Source: an uncultured Acidobacteriota bacterium (GTDB taxonomy: Bacteria; Acidobacteriota; Terriglobia; Terriglobales; Acidobacteriaceae). From it: a DNA stretch of 32,000 bases. The notes below the pieces were generated by a model that saw only the letters and a program-made list of their open reading frames with translations, ran no database searches and had not been told where the DNA came from. Made by a program: the position numbers and the translations under genes. The DNA lies in NCBI GenBank assembly GCA_963696525.1, contig CAVOKO010000012.1:955558-987557 (forward strand), read 5' to 3'. Positions within the stretch are counted from its first letter, which is position 1; each line of letters opens with the position of its first letter. Below are positions 1-9,368 of the stretch, piece after piece.

Positions 1-735
1 GGCATTGGCCAGGATCAGCCCGGCGCGTGGGCCGCGTAGCGTCTTATGCGTGGTCGAAGTGACGATCTGGGCGTGGGGCACGGGCGAGGGATGTACGCCG
101 CCGGCGACCAGGCCGGCAAAGTGCGCCATGTCAACCAGATAGACCGCTCCTACCTGATCGGCGATCCGCCGCATGCGCGCGAAATCGATGATGCGCGGAT
201 AGGCCGACCCGCCGCCGATGATCAGCTTAGGCCGCTCGCGCTCGGCGATTTTTTCAAGCTCGTCGTAGTCGATGGTCTCGGTCTCGCGCGAGACCCCGTA
301 GGGAACGATATGGTAGGTCTTGCCCGAAAAGCTGAGCTTGTGGCCGTGCGTCAGGTGGCCGCCATGGGCGAGGTCAAGTCCCATTACGGTGTCGCCCGGC
401 TGCACCACCGCTGCATAGGCCTCCATGTTGGCCGAGGAGCCCGAGTGCGGTTGCACGTTGGCATACTCGGCGCCGAATAGCTGCTTGGCGCGCTCGCGGG
501 CCAGATTCTCGACTACGTCGGTGAACTCGCATCCTCCGTAGTAGCGCTTCCCGGGGTATCCCTCGGCGTATTTATTGGTGAAAACCGAACCGGCGGCTTC
601 CAGCACGGCTTCGCTGACGAAGTTTTCCGAAGCAATCAGCTCCAGGCCTTCGTGCTGGCGGGCTTCTTCGTCGGCGATCGCCTGCGCAATCTCGGGATCG
701 ACTTCACTCAGTTGGCGCGACATACGGTCGTTCAT
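1..735 (-). CDS. glyA: serine hydroxymethyltransferase, 5' part only (gene runs off the window start)
   Basis: Absent from the ORF track because it has no stop in the window. My minus-strand translation from ATG 735-733 reads [71 protein letters not shown]...[15 protein letters not shown], the canonical SHMT N-terminal half including the [13 protein letters not shown]-lysine motif. Confidence 0.92.
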   Translation of the reverse strand, partial: MNDRMSRQLSEVDPEIAQAIADEEARQHEGLELIASENFVSEAVLEAAGSVFTNKYAEGYPGKRYYGGCEFTDVVENLARERAKQLFGAEYANVQPHSGSSANMEAYAAVVQPGDTVMGLDLAHGGHLTHGHKLSFSGKTYHIVPYGVSRETETIDYDELEKIAERERPKLIIGGGSAYPRIIDFARMRRIADQVGAVYLVDMAHFAGLVAGGVHPSPVPHAQIVTSTTHKTLRGPRAGLILANA

Positions 736-766
736 GGGGGCAGACTCCTTCTCGGAAACACCTACT

Positions 767-1252
767 TTACCGCTTTGGCGGGGTGTAGCCAAGCAAGCTT
801 TCCTGGAGCGGCTTCGGTGTTTCCAACTCCGCCAGTTTTTCGAGCCGCTGCTGGTGCCGGCCGCCCGCGAAGGGCGTATGCAGCCAGACATCGACGATCG
901 CCGTGGCCTGCTCTTCATCGAGGATTCGCGCCCCCATGGTCAGCACGTTGAGGTCGTTGTGCTCCCGTGATATCCGCGCCTCGTATTCGCTGGTGATGTT
1001 GGCGGCGCGGATCCCTGGAGTTTTGTTGGCGGCTATCGCCATGCCAATACCGCTGCCACAGACGAGAACGCCGCGCTGCGCCTCGCCCGAGACCACGCGG
1101 CAGGCGACCGCGTGAGCAAAGTCCGGGTAGTCGCAGGAGTCGCTGGAGGCCGTGCCACAGTCGTCGACGGCATGGCCCAGGTGCTCAAGGTGAAGCTTGA
1201 GTTTTTCTTTCAGTTCGTAACCGGCGTGATCGGCGCCTATCGCAATTCGCAT
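767..1252 (-). CDS. rpiB: ribose-5-phosphate isomerase B
   Basis: 161-aa [22 protein letters not shown]...[17 protein letters not shown]...[13 protein letters not shown], typical RpiB/LacAB family. It lies immediately upstream of glyA on the same strand. Confidence 0.9.
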   Translation of the reverse strand: MRIAIGADHAGYELKEKLKLHLEHLGHAVDDCGTASSDSCDYPDFAHAVACRVVSGEAQRGVLVCGSGIGMAIAANKTPGIRAANITSEYEARISREHNDLNVLTMGARILDEEQATAIVDVWLHTPFAGGRHQQRLEKLAELETPKPLQESLLGYTPPKR

Positions 1253-1489
1253 AAAGAAATTTTACCTTGGGAAGCTCTGGTTATTGCCCGCAAGCTGATG
1301 CTAAAAAATTATGGCGCCGCAGTCCATCAATTTTCGCTCGGCACAGCGCATCCGGAAGCGGAAATCATACTCAACCAATGCTTGAAGCTGCGCTGCTTTG
1401 GTGTAAGCTGGGGCGCAACGGCAAGATTGTAGATTAGCTCGGGAGAAACCATATCCCCGGACTCGCCGGATCGCGCTTGGGGGGCACGG

Positions 1490-1936
1490 ATGATCACCAA
1501 CAAGATTTCTTCTGACCAGGTGCAGGCCTTTGTACACCAGTATTGGCATGTCCTGATGGGCAAAACGCCGGGAGAGATGGAGAAGTTGTACACGTACGAT
1601 TCAACCATTTTCAATCCCTTCGCGCCGCGCGCCGAGTCGGGACGCGTTTCGGCTGCCCGCAAGGAGCGAGAATACTTCGAGGGCGAAACCAGTTTCCGCG
1701 CTGAAGTGACGGGTTCTATCGAGGTGATGCTGCTGTCGGACAATGTCGCCGTGGCTACCTACACCTTCCGCTGGCAGGCCACCGGGGCGACGGGGGGCTT
1801 GGCGGGCAAACGCATCGACAAAGCGGTACGCAATGGCCGGGCAACGGAGGTGATCGCGCTCGATCCCGGAGGCGGTTTGCGCATCGTACACCAGCATCAC
1901 TCCGACATCTGGCGAGATGCGAAGCCGGGCGTTTGA
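1490..1936 (+). CDS. SnoaL-like / NTF2-fold (DUF4440-like) protein, paralog 1
   Basis: 148-aa ORF. It aligns along its whole length with the 12942-13388 ORF (QVQAFV/QVQAAV, LYTYD/MYAYD, GRVSAARKEREYF/GRVAAARREREYF, SFRAEVT/SFRAEIT, IVHQHHSDI/VVHQHLSDI). The fold assignment is from memory of the family. Confidence 0.65.
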   Translation: MITNKISSDQVQAFVHQYWHVLMGKTPGEMEKLYTYDSTIFNPFAPRAESGRVSAARKEREYFEGETSFRAEVTGSIEVMLLSDNVAVATYTFRWQATGATGGLAGKRIDKAVRNGRATEVIALDPGGGLRIVHQHHSDIWRDAKPGV

Positions 1937-2275
1937 GAAGTGGCAGGCTGCGAAAAGACGCTTTGCGTGCAACCTGTTTTCCGCAGCTGTCGGAACGCAA
2001 TGGCGCAATCGGCCCTGCAAGTTCGGTACAGAAGCAAGGCTGCAAATGCTTTAGCGAAGCAGGTTTGACGCTCATTTCTCCCGACTGCTAAACTCAAATC
2101 TCCGACCAGCCGGAATCCCCGTTACGCGCCGCTTTGCGTGTAGAGGGGTAGAAGCGACGGTTATGGGCAGGTTTATCCCGACCGTCCGCGTTCGTCAGAC
2201 CTGGGAAGAAGACCTGGAAAAGACCCCTAAAGAAAGGCAGCAACCGTGTTGCGCCTGGGGCCTTGAGGACCAACC

Positions 2276-2986
2276 ATGCGCTACACCCGGCAACAACTGA
2301 AGCAGGATAAGCTTGCAGCTTCGGCGGCAGAGGCCGTCCATTGGACAGTCGCGCACCGCAAAACCATCATCAGCGGCGCGACCGCCCTGGCGGTACTGGT
2401 GGCTGTGGGCATTGGTATTTTCTGGTATCGCGATTACCGCCAGGCGGCGGCTGCGCAAAAATTTGGCGATGCCCTGGTTACCTATAACGCCCCAGTGCTG
2501 CCCGACGCCGCGTCCCAGGGAACTCAGATGGTGAGTTTCACGAGCGTTGCCGACCGCGCGCTCGCCGCCAAGAAGCAGTTTTATGCAATCTCCGCCGAGT
2601 ACGGTTCGGCACGCGCCGGACAGTGGGCCCACTACTTTGCGGCTCTGTGCGAAGTCGACCTTGGCAATTACGCCGTGGCCGAGGGACAACTGAAAGACGT
2701 TGCTAAGTCTCGCGATGTGGAAGTGTCGTCGCTTGCCAAACTCGCGCTGGCTTCCGTCTACCGCAACCAGAAGAAAGATTCGGATGCGGTCGCGGTTTAT
2801 AAGGACCTCATCGATCACCCGACACTCAGCGTGCCCAAGACTACTGCGCAACTCGGCCTGGCCGATCTCTACCAGGCAACCGAACCGGCTGAAGCCAGCA
2901 AACTCTACGAGCAAATCGCTAAAGATGACGCCAAGGGTCCGGCGGGCCAGATTGCGGCACAGCACCAGAAAGCCCCCGCGCAATAA
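2276..2986 (+). CDS. membrane-anchored TPR-like protein (YfgM-like architecture)
   Basis: 236-aa ORF with a short charged N-terminus, one hydrophobic helix (IISGATALAVLVAVGIGIFWY) and an Ala/Leu-rich helical-repeat C-terminal domain, the same layout as YfgM-type proteins. Confidence 0.55.
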   Translation: MRYTRQQLKQDKLAASAAEAVHWTVAHRKTIISGATALAVLVAVGIGIFWYRDYRQAAAAQKFGDALVTYNAPVLPDAASQGTQMVSFTSVADRALAAKKQFYAISAEYGSARAGQWAHYFAALCEVDLGNYAVAEGQLKDVAKSRDVEVSSLAKLALASVYRNQKKDSDAVAVYKDLIDHPTLSVPKTTAQLGLADLYQATEPAEASKLYEQIAKDDAKGPAGQIAAQHQKAPAQ

Positions 2987-3237
2987 ACCATAGCGACTCT
3001 CTGAGTGCAAACCCACCGTTCCCGTGAAAGTACGTCAAGCCGGCGGATGCGGTATTAGCGCATCTGCCGTCGCGCCTGGGTGACGGAGCACACGCCTACT
3101 TACATCCGTAGTTGCGCTGGCTGGGGGCCGAGGCCAACCTTGCATGAGCCGTCGCACTCTCATAGTTCATCACCGTTGTTCAAGTTTTCCGCGCCAGGAT
3201 GGGTGTATCTGGGCGGTTCTTACCAAAGAGGCACCTG

Positions 3238-3487
3238 ATGAAGAGTTTTCTGTTTGGCCTTGGATTGGGCATCGCGCTGGGCATTCTGTTTGCCCCGATG
3301 AGCGGAGAAGACAACCCGCGACCACCTGAGTGAACGTGCAAGCGATGCGGCCAGCTCAGCGCGAGAGAGTTACGAGCAGGGACGTGAAAGCGTGCAGCGA
3401 GGAGTGGAGTCCATACGCAGGACCACAGAGCGCGCCGTGGGCCATGCTCGCGCCAGTTTTGGCGACGCCACCGGCACCAACCTATAA
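3238..3487 (+). pseudogene. YtxH-like small protein with an apparent frameshift near 3311-3316
   Basis: ATG 3238 is preceded by AAGAGG. Frame 1 gives MKSFLFGLGLGIALGILFAPMSGEDNPRPPE*. Dropping one A from gacaaccc restores MSGEDTRDHLSERASDAASSARESYEQGRESVQRGVESIRRTTERAVGHARASFGDATGTNL* (stop 3485-3487), the usual YtxH pattern of a TM helix followed by SGE-TR and a helical tail. Confidence 0.45.
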
Positions 3488-3614
3488 CGCCCAACCGCCG
3501 ACGAAGCGGCATGCGGCGTAGCTCGGCAGCTGGGGGCGCGGAATTCGACCTGGCACCGGGCGGTGGTTCGTGGCTGCCGTGCGGCAGTACGGGGATCGTC
3601 CACCATGAGGGTGG

Positions 3615-3644
3615 TTGACACTCGCAAAGCGCTGCCAGTATTCT
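3615..3644 (+). promoter_or_regulatory. candidate sigma70-type promoter for yceD-rpmF-plsX
   Basis: TTGACA (3615-3620), 18 nt, TATTCT (3639-3644), about 180 nt upstream of the yceD ATG. Sequence match only. Confidence 0.3.
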
Positions 3645-3821
3645 TATATCTTGCCCTGAAGGGAAATTTTCTCTAAAGGCGGTTGCAAAGGTGGGCGGAG
3701 CCTGGAATGGCTTTAGGCTCCGGTGTGGGTTCTTCGGCGAATTGCACTGGCGGGTTCCGGGAAGTGCGCTCATTCCGAATCCAGCCTGCAACTCTCTTCG
3801 CCTCATGCGGTTATAGACATC

Positions 3822-4370
3822 ATGCTGATCCGCGTACAAGATCTGGAACTCCGGCGTCAGGATTTTGCCGAGGAGTTGCAGCCGGGTACTATTGATTTTG
3901 GGCGAGAGCTCCAGCAATTCGACGTCATGACGGTACACGGCAGGGCCGAATTGATCCGCGAGCACCACGGCGGACGCGAATACGTCTCCGACATCCGGCT
4001 GGTTGGAGAGTTGGCGGGCCGCTTCGAGGTAAGCTGCGCACGCTGTCTGGAGCCGGTTCCACAGCAGGTAAGCCGGTCGTTTGACCTGTTGTACCGCCCA
4101 CTCGGCATCGACCGGCGCAAGGAGGAAGTCTCCATCAGCGAGGCCGAGACCGAAATCGGCTACTATGAAGGCGAAGGGCTGGAGTTGGAAGATGTTCTTC
4201 GCGAACAAGTTTTGCTGGCCGTCCCCATCAAGACGGTTTGTCGAATCGACTGTAAAGGGTTGTGTCCACGGTGCGGCCAGAACCTCAATGAGGGAAGCTG
4301 TACCTGCCAACCACGGCAGGAAGACCCGCGCTGGTACGCTTTGCGCGATTTGAAGAGCCACCTGCACTAG
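3822..4370 (+). CDS. yceD: YceD/DUF177 family protein (23S rRNA accumulation protein)
   Basis: Internal ATG at 3822 of the 3723-4370 ORF gives MLIRVQDLE... The C-terminal CxxC...CxxC region (CARCLEPV ... CKGLCPRCGQNLNEGSCTC) and the position directly upstream of rpmF match the conserved yceD-rpmF-plsX arrangement. Confidence 0.8.
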   Translation: MLIRVQDLELRRQDFAEELQPGTIDFGRELQQFDVMTVHGRAELIREHHGGREYVSDIRLVGELAGRFEVSCARCLEPVPQQVSRSFDLLYRPLGIDRRKEEVSISEAETEIGYYEGEGLELEDVLREQVLLAVPIKTVCRIDCKGLCPRCGQNLNEGSCTCQPRQEDPRWYALRDLKSHLH

Positions 4371-4510
4371 CTTTGTTTCCCTACCAGGCGCGTGATTGCG
4401 CCAATCGGGGCGCGGCGGCAAGCCGCACCATTTTGGCCGGCAACACCAGTCCGGCACTTACGTAGTACCCGGCGCGACAATCTGCCGGGGACACTGAAAG
4501 GTTTAAAGCA

Positions 4511-4696
4511 ATGGCAAATCCCAAGCGGAGACACTCCCAGCGCCGCACTTCCATCCGCCGCTCGCATGACCACCTGACGGCGCATTCACTTTCCGAATGT
4601 CCCAATTGCCACGAGCGAAAAATGCCGCATCGCGCCTGCCCCAAATGCGGGTACTATAAAGGCCGCGAAGTCATCGAAGTCGAGAAGGCAAGCTAA
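4511..4696 (+). CDS. rpmF: 50S ribosomal protein L32
   Basis: 61 aa, MANPKRRHSQRRTSIRRSHDHL...CPNCHERKMPHRACPKCGYYKGREV, canonical zinc-ribbon L32. Confidence 0.95.
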   Translation: MANPKRRHSQRRTSIRRSHDHLTAHSLSECPNCHERKMPHRACPKCGYYKGREVIEVEKAS

Positions 4697-4708
4697 AACG
4701 TCCGTGGC

Positions 4709-5796
4709 ATGAATTCACCTGTTAACAATTGCGGTCGATGCGATGGGCTCCGACCGGGCTCCGAAGCCCGAGGTGGAGGGCGCCATTCTGGCCGCCAGAC
4801 ACTATGGCGTCGCGTACTGCTGGTGGGCAAGGAAGAAGTGATCCGCGCCGAGATGGACGCTGCATCCGCGCCGCCCAGCAGTTGCCGATCGAGATCGTCC
4901 ATGCCAGCGAAGTCATCGGCATGCAGGAGAAGGCGGCGCAGGCGGTCAAGCAGAAGCGCGACTCTTCGATGCGGGTCGGGCTTCGCCTGGTCCGTGAAAA
5001 GCGGGCCGCCGGCTTTGTTTCGGCGGGCAACACCGGCGCGGCAATGGTTACGGCCAAGCTGGTGCTGGGAGTTCTGCCCGGGGTGGACCGTCCGGCGCTG
5101 GCCGCAGTCTTTCCCACGGCGCAAGGCACTGCTTCGATCATGCTCGACGTGGGCGCCAACGTTGATTGCAAGCCCCACAACCTGCAGCAGTTCGCGATCA
5201 TGGGCGAGATCTACTTCCGCACCATGTTCGCCGGACGCTTCGCCGAGGCCGATTGCCCGCGGGTCGGCTTGCTCTCGATTGGCGAAGAGGAAACCAAGGG
5301 TAACGACCTCACGCGCGAGACCTTCAAGATACTGAAGACCATGCCCATGAACTTCGTCGGCAACGTCGAGGGACGGGATCTTTACAACGGCCACGTCGAC
5401 GTCATCGTCTGTGACGGATTCGTCGGCAACGTGGCGCTGAAGATCTCCGAAGGGCTGGTCGACACGGTTCGCGCCATGCTGAAAGAGTCGCTGCAGGCAA
5501 CCATCACTCGCCAGATGGGATACCTGCTGGCGCGGCGGGCCTTCCAGGACTTCAAGAAGCGGCTCGACTACTCAGAGTACGGTGGCGCGCCGCTGCTCGG
5601 CATTAAGGGTGTGGCGATCGTCAGCCATGGTTCATCGAACAGCCTGGCGATCAAGAATGCCATCCGGGTGGCCGCCGAATTCGCCAGGACGAATCTGAAC
5701 ACGAAAATAGAGGAGCAGTTGCAGATCGCCGGTCATGCCTTGGGCCACGCCAATCATGCGGCGGCCGGAGAGCCTCATCCTTCGATTTCCGGCTGA
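4709..5796 (+). pseudogene. plsX: phosphate acyltransferase PlsX; the first ~55 codons are spread over three reading frames (start uncertain)
   Basis: From ~4862 the listed 4729-5796 ORF is clean PlsX ([51 protein letters not shown]). The conserved N-terminus is in other frames: [30 protein letters not shown] (4722-4813), then [15 protein letters not shown] (4814-~4858), then [19 protein letters not shown]. This implies about two 1-nt indels. Confidence 0.85.
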
Positions 5797-5917
5797 ACCG
5801 GCAGCTGAAACCCGAAGCAACCAGCACTCCTGAAGGAAAATTCAGACCGGATTCGTGCGCGGGCAACACAGCCCGTGCTCTAAAGTGTTCACAGGCCCTA
5901 GTAAGGAAAATTCAGCC

Positions 5918-7075
5918 GTGAAGATTGCAATCGACATCCGCCAGATGAGTGATTATGGCGTGGCAACGTACACTCGCAACGTGGTCCGCAACTTGGCGCG
6001 GATGGATCATGTCAACGAATATTTCCTGATCGGCATGGTCGAGCGGCTGAACGAAGTTGGCGAATTGCCGCCCAATTTTCATTGCGTTCCCTTCGAGGGC
6101 CACGAAGGCAATACCAGTGGTTATTTCGATTTCCGCCGGACGGTGCGCGGCTTCCAGTGCGACCTGATCCACTTTCCGCAGATGTTCTGGCGCCCGCGTA
6201 TGGCCGGCTGTCCTTATGTCGTCACCGTTCACGACCTGCTCGACTACATGTACCGAAACAATTCGCAGTCCAGTTTCACCCGCACGGTGCGCTTCCACCT
6301 GACGCGGCGCGTGCTGCACGGAGCGGCGAAGGTCTTCGCGGTTTCCAATTTCACCAAGCAGGATCTGACGCGGCTTTTCGATGTGCCGCCCGACAAGATC
6401 GAAGTTGTTTACAATGCGCTCGACGACCGCTTCCTGCTCGGACACGCGACCCCTGACGATCGTGCCATGATCGCCGAGCGTTACCAGGTGAACTACCCTT
6501 TTATTCTGTACGCCGGCCGGATCAGTCCGCACAAAAACATCGTGCGCATCATCGAAGCGTTCTCGACGCTGAAATCGGCGCTGGCCAAAAACGATTTCGT
6601 TCCCGACCTCAAGCTGGTCATCATTGGCGATCAGGTCTCCAAGCATCCCGACCTGCGGCGAGCGGTGATCAAGAGCGCGGTGCAATTCGATGTGCGCTTT
6701 CTCGGCTTCGTTCCCGTCGACGTGCTGCGTATCTTCTACGACTTGGCAAAAATATTCGTTTTCCCGTCGCTCTACGAAGGTTTCGGATTGCCGCCGCTGG
6801 AGGCCATGGCGCATGACACCCCTGTAGTGGCGTCCAACGTGACCGCGGTCCCGGAGGTTCTGGGCAACGCCGCCGTGCTCGTCAACCCGGAAAACGTCTT
6901 CGAGATAAGCCGCGCGCTGTATCGCGTGCTGCTCGATCAGTCTCTGCGCGAGCGAATGAAAGCCGCGGGGCGGGAACGCGTCCGGCGCTACTCGTGGCAA
7001 ACCTCCGTACGCAGTATCCTGGACGTTTATCGGGCGGTCGCCAGCCAATCCGCGGCTGCCGCCGGTCACTCCTAG
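5918..7075 (+). CDS. glycosyltransferase family 4 (GT-B fold)
   Basis: GTG 5918 is preceded by AAGGAAA and gives VKIAIDIRQ..., a typical GT4 N-terminus. C-terminal EGFGLPPLEAMAHDTPVVASNVTAVPEV motif. The ORF-track start at 5855 is an alternative. Confidence 0.8.
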   Translation: MKIAIDIRQMSDYGVATYTRNVVRNLARMDHVNEYFLIGMVERLNEVGELPPNFHCVPFEGHEGNTSGYFDFRRTVRGFQCDLIHFPQMFWRPRMAGCPYVVTVHDLLDYMYRNNSQSSFTRTVRFHLTRRVLHGAAKVFAVSNFTKQDLTRLFDVPPDKIEVVYNALDDRFLLGHATPDDRAMIAERYQVNYPFILYAGRISPHKNIVRIIEAFSTLKSALAKNDFVPDLKLVIIGDQVSKHPDLRRAVIKSAVQFDVRFLGFVPVDVLRIFYDLAKIFVFPSLYEGFGLPPLEAMAHDTPVVASNVTAVPEVLGNAAVLVNPENVFEISRALYRVLLDQSLRERMKAAGRERVRRYSWQTSVRSILDVYRAVASQSAAAAGHS

Positions 7076-7076
7076 G

Positions 7077-8004
7077 CTAGGCTCGTTCCTTCTGGAAGAG
7101 GTAGCGCCCGTTCTGTTGCGCCGCCATCGCCTCCAACTCCTTCATGAAGGCGCGTGCCGCGTGCGACAGGCTGGCCCCTCGCCGATATACCAGCCGCACC
7201 TTGCGCTCCATCTGTAACTCTTTTACCGGTATTTGCACCAGCTCACCGCGATTGATTTCGGCTTCGACGGCGATCCGCGGCAGTAGCGCAACCCCATTTC
7301 CCATGGCGACAAACTGCTTGATGGCCTCGATATTCGGCAACTCGACCGGCATGTGCAGGGCCGTCTTGTGCTTGGCGAAAGCCTGAAGAACCTTTTCGCG
7401 ATAGGGCGAGCGCACATTGTGAGCGACGAAAAACTCGGCGCCAAGCTCGCGAATGCTGACCTCCTGCGAGTTCGCAAGCGGATGACCCGGATAAACGACG
7501 AAGGCGATCTCATCGATATAAACGATGATCGAGTTGAGCTGCTCGTCGTCCGGCCGGAACGACAGCATGCCGAGCTCGAACGTGATGGTTCACGACTGAA
7601 CGGGCGACGTCGGCGGCCAGAGACCGTTGCACTTCGATATGTATGGTTGGATGAAGCCTGCGGAAACGATGCAGTGCAACCAGCAGGTACAGCACCGTGA
7701 ACTCGTTGGCCGCAATGCTTACCTTGCCGTGTTGCAATTCCCTGAGCTCCCGCAGGGCGTCGCGCGCGCGGCCACGCAGGTTCAGCAGCTCCTCGGCATA
7801 CTTCAACAACAGCGCCCCAGCATCGGTGATGGCGCCGTCACGCGACGAGCGCTCGAAGAGGGTCTCGCCGAGCTCGTCTTCCAGTTTGCTGATGGTTTGG
7901 CTCACAGCCGACTGCGTGCGGTGCAGCCGACCGGCGGCGCGTGAAAAGCCCTTTTCCTCAACCACCGCAAGGAACGTTTCCAACTGAAAAAGATCCACCA
8001 TCAC
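7077..8004 (-). pseudogene. LysR-family transcriptional regulator, split by one apparent frameshift near 7575-7585
   Basis: The N-terminal ORF 7510-8004 has the wHTH (FQLETFLAVVEEKGFSRAAGRLHRTQSAVSQTISKLEDELG). The C-terminal ORF 7077-7568 carries the LysR substrate-binding domain. The frames join at ...ARSVVN / TITFELGMLSFRPDDEQ. Divergent from leuA. Confidence 0.8.
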
Positions 8005-8105
8005 TCCTTGCCCGAGCAGTTCGTGTCATATTATCCGGCGCCCGGGACGATTCGCGAATACCTTATTAAATCACACCCCCTAATGGTAATGGAATAATAA
8101 TAAGT

Positions 8106-8133
8106 TTGACTAATTTGCGCGAAGCTGCGCAAA
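8106..8133 (+). promoter_or_regulatory. candidate leu promoter -35 element plus overlapping inverted-repeat operator
   Basis: TTGACT at 8106-8111, followed by a perfect 7-bp inverted repeat TTTGCGC-N6-GCGCAAA (8114-8120 / 8127-8133) in the AT-rich LysR/leuA divergent intergenic region. The -10 element is weak or unclear. Confidence 0.25.
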
Positions 8134-8171
8134 GTAGAGGAACTAGACCTACCCAGTGGGGGGATTCAATC

Positions 8172-9368
8172 GTGGCTAACGAACGCGTACTGATTTTCGA
8201 CACGTCTTTGCGTGATGGCGAGCAGGCTCCGGGATGCAGCATGACCGTGGATGAGAAGCTGCGGCTTGCTCAGAAGCTGGAAGCTCTCGGCGTCGACATT
8301 ATCGAAGCTGGTTTTCCGGTCGCCTCGACTGGCGACTTCGAGGCGGTTCAGCGGGTCGCGCGCGCCATGAGAAGTGCGTCCGTCGCTGCCTTGGCGCGCT
8401 GCCGGCGGGAAGACATTTCGCTGGCGTGGAATGCGGTGCGCGACGCGCGTCACCCGCGCATTCACGCCTTTCTCGCCACTTCCGATATTCATCTCGCCTG
8501 CAAGCTGAAGATCACGCGTGAAGACGCCCTGCGGCAGGTTGGCGAGTGCGTTCAATATGCGCGTTCCTTATGCGAGGATGTGGAATTCTCGCCGGAGGAT
8601 GCGACCCGGTCGGAAGTGGAGTTTCTCTCTAAAGTGCTGGAAGTCGCCATCGCAGCCGGCGCGACCACGCTGAATATTCCTGACACGGTGGGCTACGCGA
8701 CCCCGGGCGAGTTCGGCGAATTGATCCGCGCCATCCGGTCGAGAGTGAAAGGGGTCGAGAACGTGGTGATTTCCGTGCATTGCCACAACGACCTTGGGTT
8801 GGCCGTGGCCAACTCGCTGGCCGGCGTCGAGGCTGGCGCCCGCCAGGTCGAGTGCACCGTGAACGGAATCGGCGAGCGCGCGGGCAATGCCGCTCTTGAA
8901 GAAGTTGTCATGTCCATGCACGTGCGCAACGACCGCTTGCCCTTCGAGAACGGCATAAAGCGCGACGAAATCTACTCCGCCAGCCGCCTGCTTTCCGAGA
9001 TCATCGGTTTCCAGGTGCAGCCTAACAAGGCCATCGTCGGACGCAACGCCTTCGCCCACGAAGCCGGCATTCACCAGCACGGCGTGATCAGCAATCCCCT
9101 CTGTTATGAGATTATGACCCCGGAGTCGGTCGGGGTTCCGGCCACTCACCTGGTGCTGGGCAAGCACTCCGGCAGGCACGCGCTGCTGATGCGCTACGAA
9201 GAGCTGGGTTTTCCGTTGACCAAGCAGGAGTTGCAATCGGCCTACGAGCGCTTCACCCAGTTGGCAGATCGTAAGAAAAGGATTTACGATCAGGATCTGC
9301 TTTCGCTGCTGACCGAGAAGCCGGTCATCTCGAACGAAGGGAGCCGCTCGACGGCGTTTATGCAATGA
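8172..9368 (+). CDS. leuA: 2-isopropylmalate synthase / citramalate synthase family enzyme, short form without the C-terminal LeuA regulatory domain
   Basis: [50 protein letters not shown] and [12 protein letters not shown] are DRE-TIM metallolyase/IPMS motifs. The stop overlaps the leuB ATG (ATGA at 9365-9368). GTG 8172 is my preferred start; the ORF track uses TTG 8106. Confidence 0.85.
   Translation: MANERVLIFDTSLRDGEQAPGCSMTVDEKLRLAQKLEALGVDIIEAGFPVASTGDFEAVQRVARAMRSASVAALARCRREDISLAWNAVRDARHPRIHAFLATSDIHLACKLKITREDALRQVGECVQYARSLCEDVEFSPEDATRSEVEFLSKVLEVAIAAGATTLNIPDTVGYATPGEFGELIRAIRSRVKGVENVVISVHCHNDLGLAVANSLAGVEAGARQVECTVNGIGERAGNAALEEVVMSMHVRNDRLPFENGIKRDEIYSASRLLSEIIGFQVQPNKAIVGRNAFAHEAGIHQHGVISNPLCYEIMTPESVGVPATHLVLGKHSGRHALLMRYEELGFPLTKQELQSAYERFTQLADRKKRIYDQDLLSLLTEKPVISNEGSRSTAFMQ

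Noticed and set aside
3180-4457. 425-aa minus-strand ORF
   Set aside because: It runs antisense to yceD and the YtxH-like gene. Its composition is Arg/Pro/Trp/Ala-rich and low-complexity with no recognisable motifs. This is a typical shadow ORF of GC-rich DNA.
5912-7069. 385-aa minus-strand ORF
   Set aside because: It is exactly antisense to the well-supported GT4 glycosyltransferase and has no motifs. Shadow ORF.
8005-8171. Search for a Leu-rich leader peptide or terminator upstream of leuA, by analogy with the aromatic leader
   Set aside because: There is no short ORF with consecutive Leu codons and no stem plus U-tract in the 167-nt spacer. Only the inverted repeat and the -35-like hexamer were retained.
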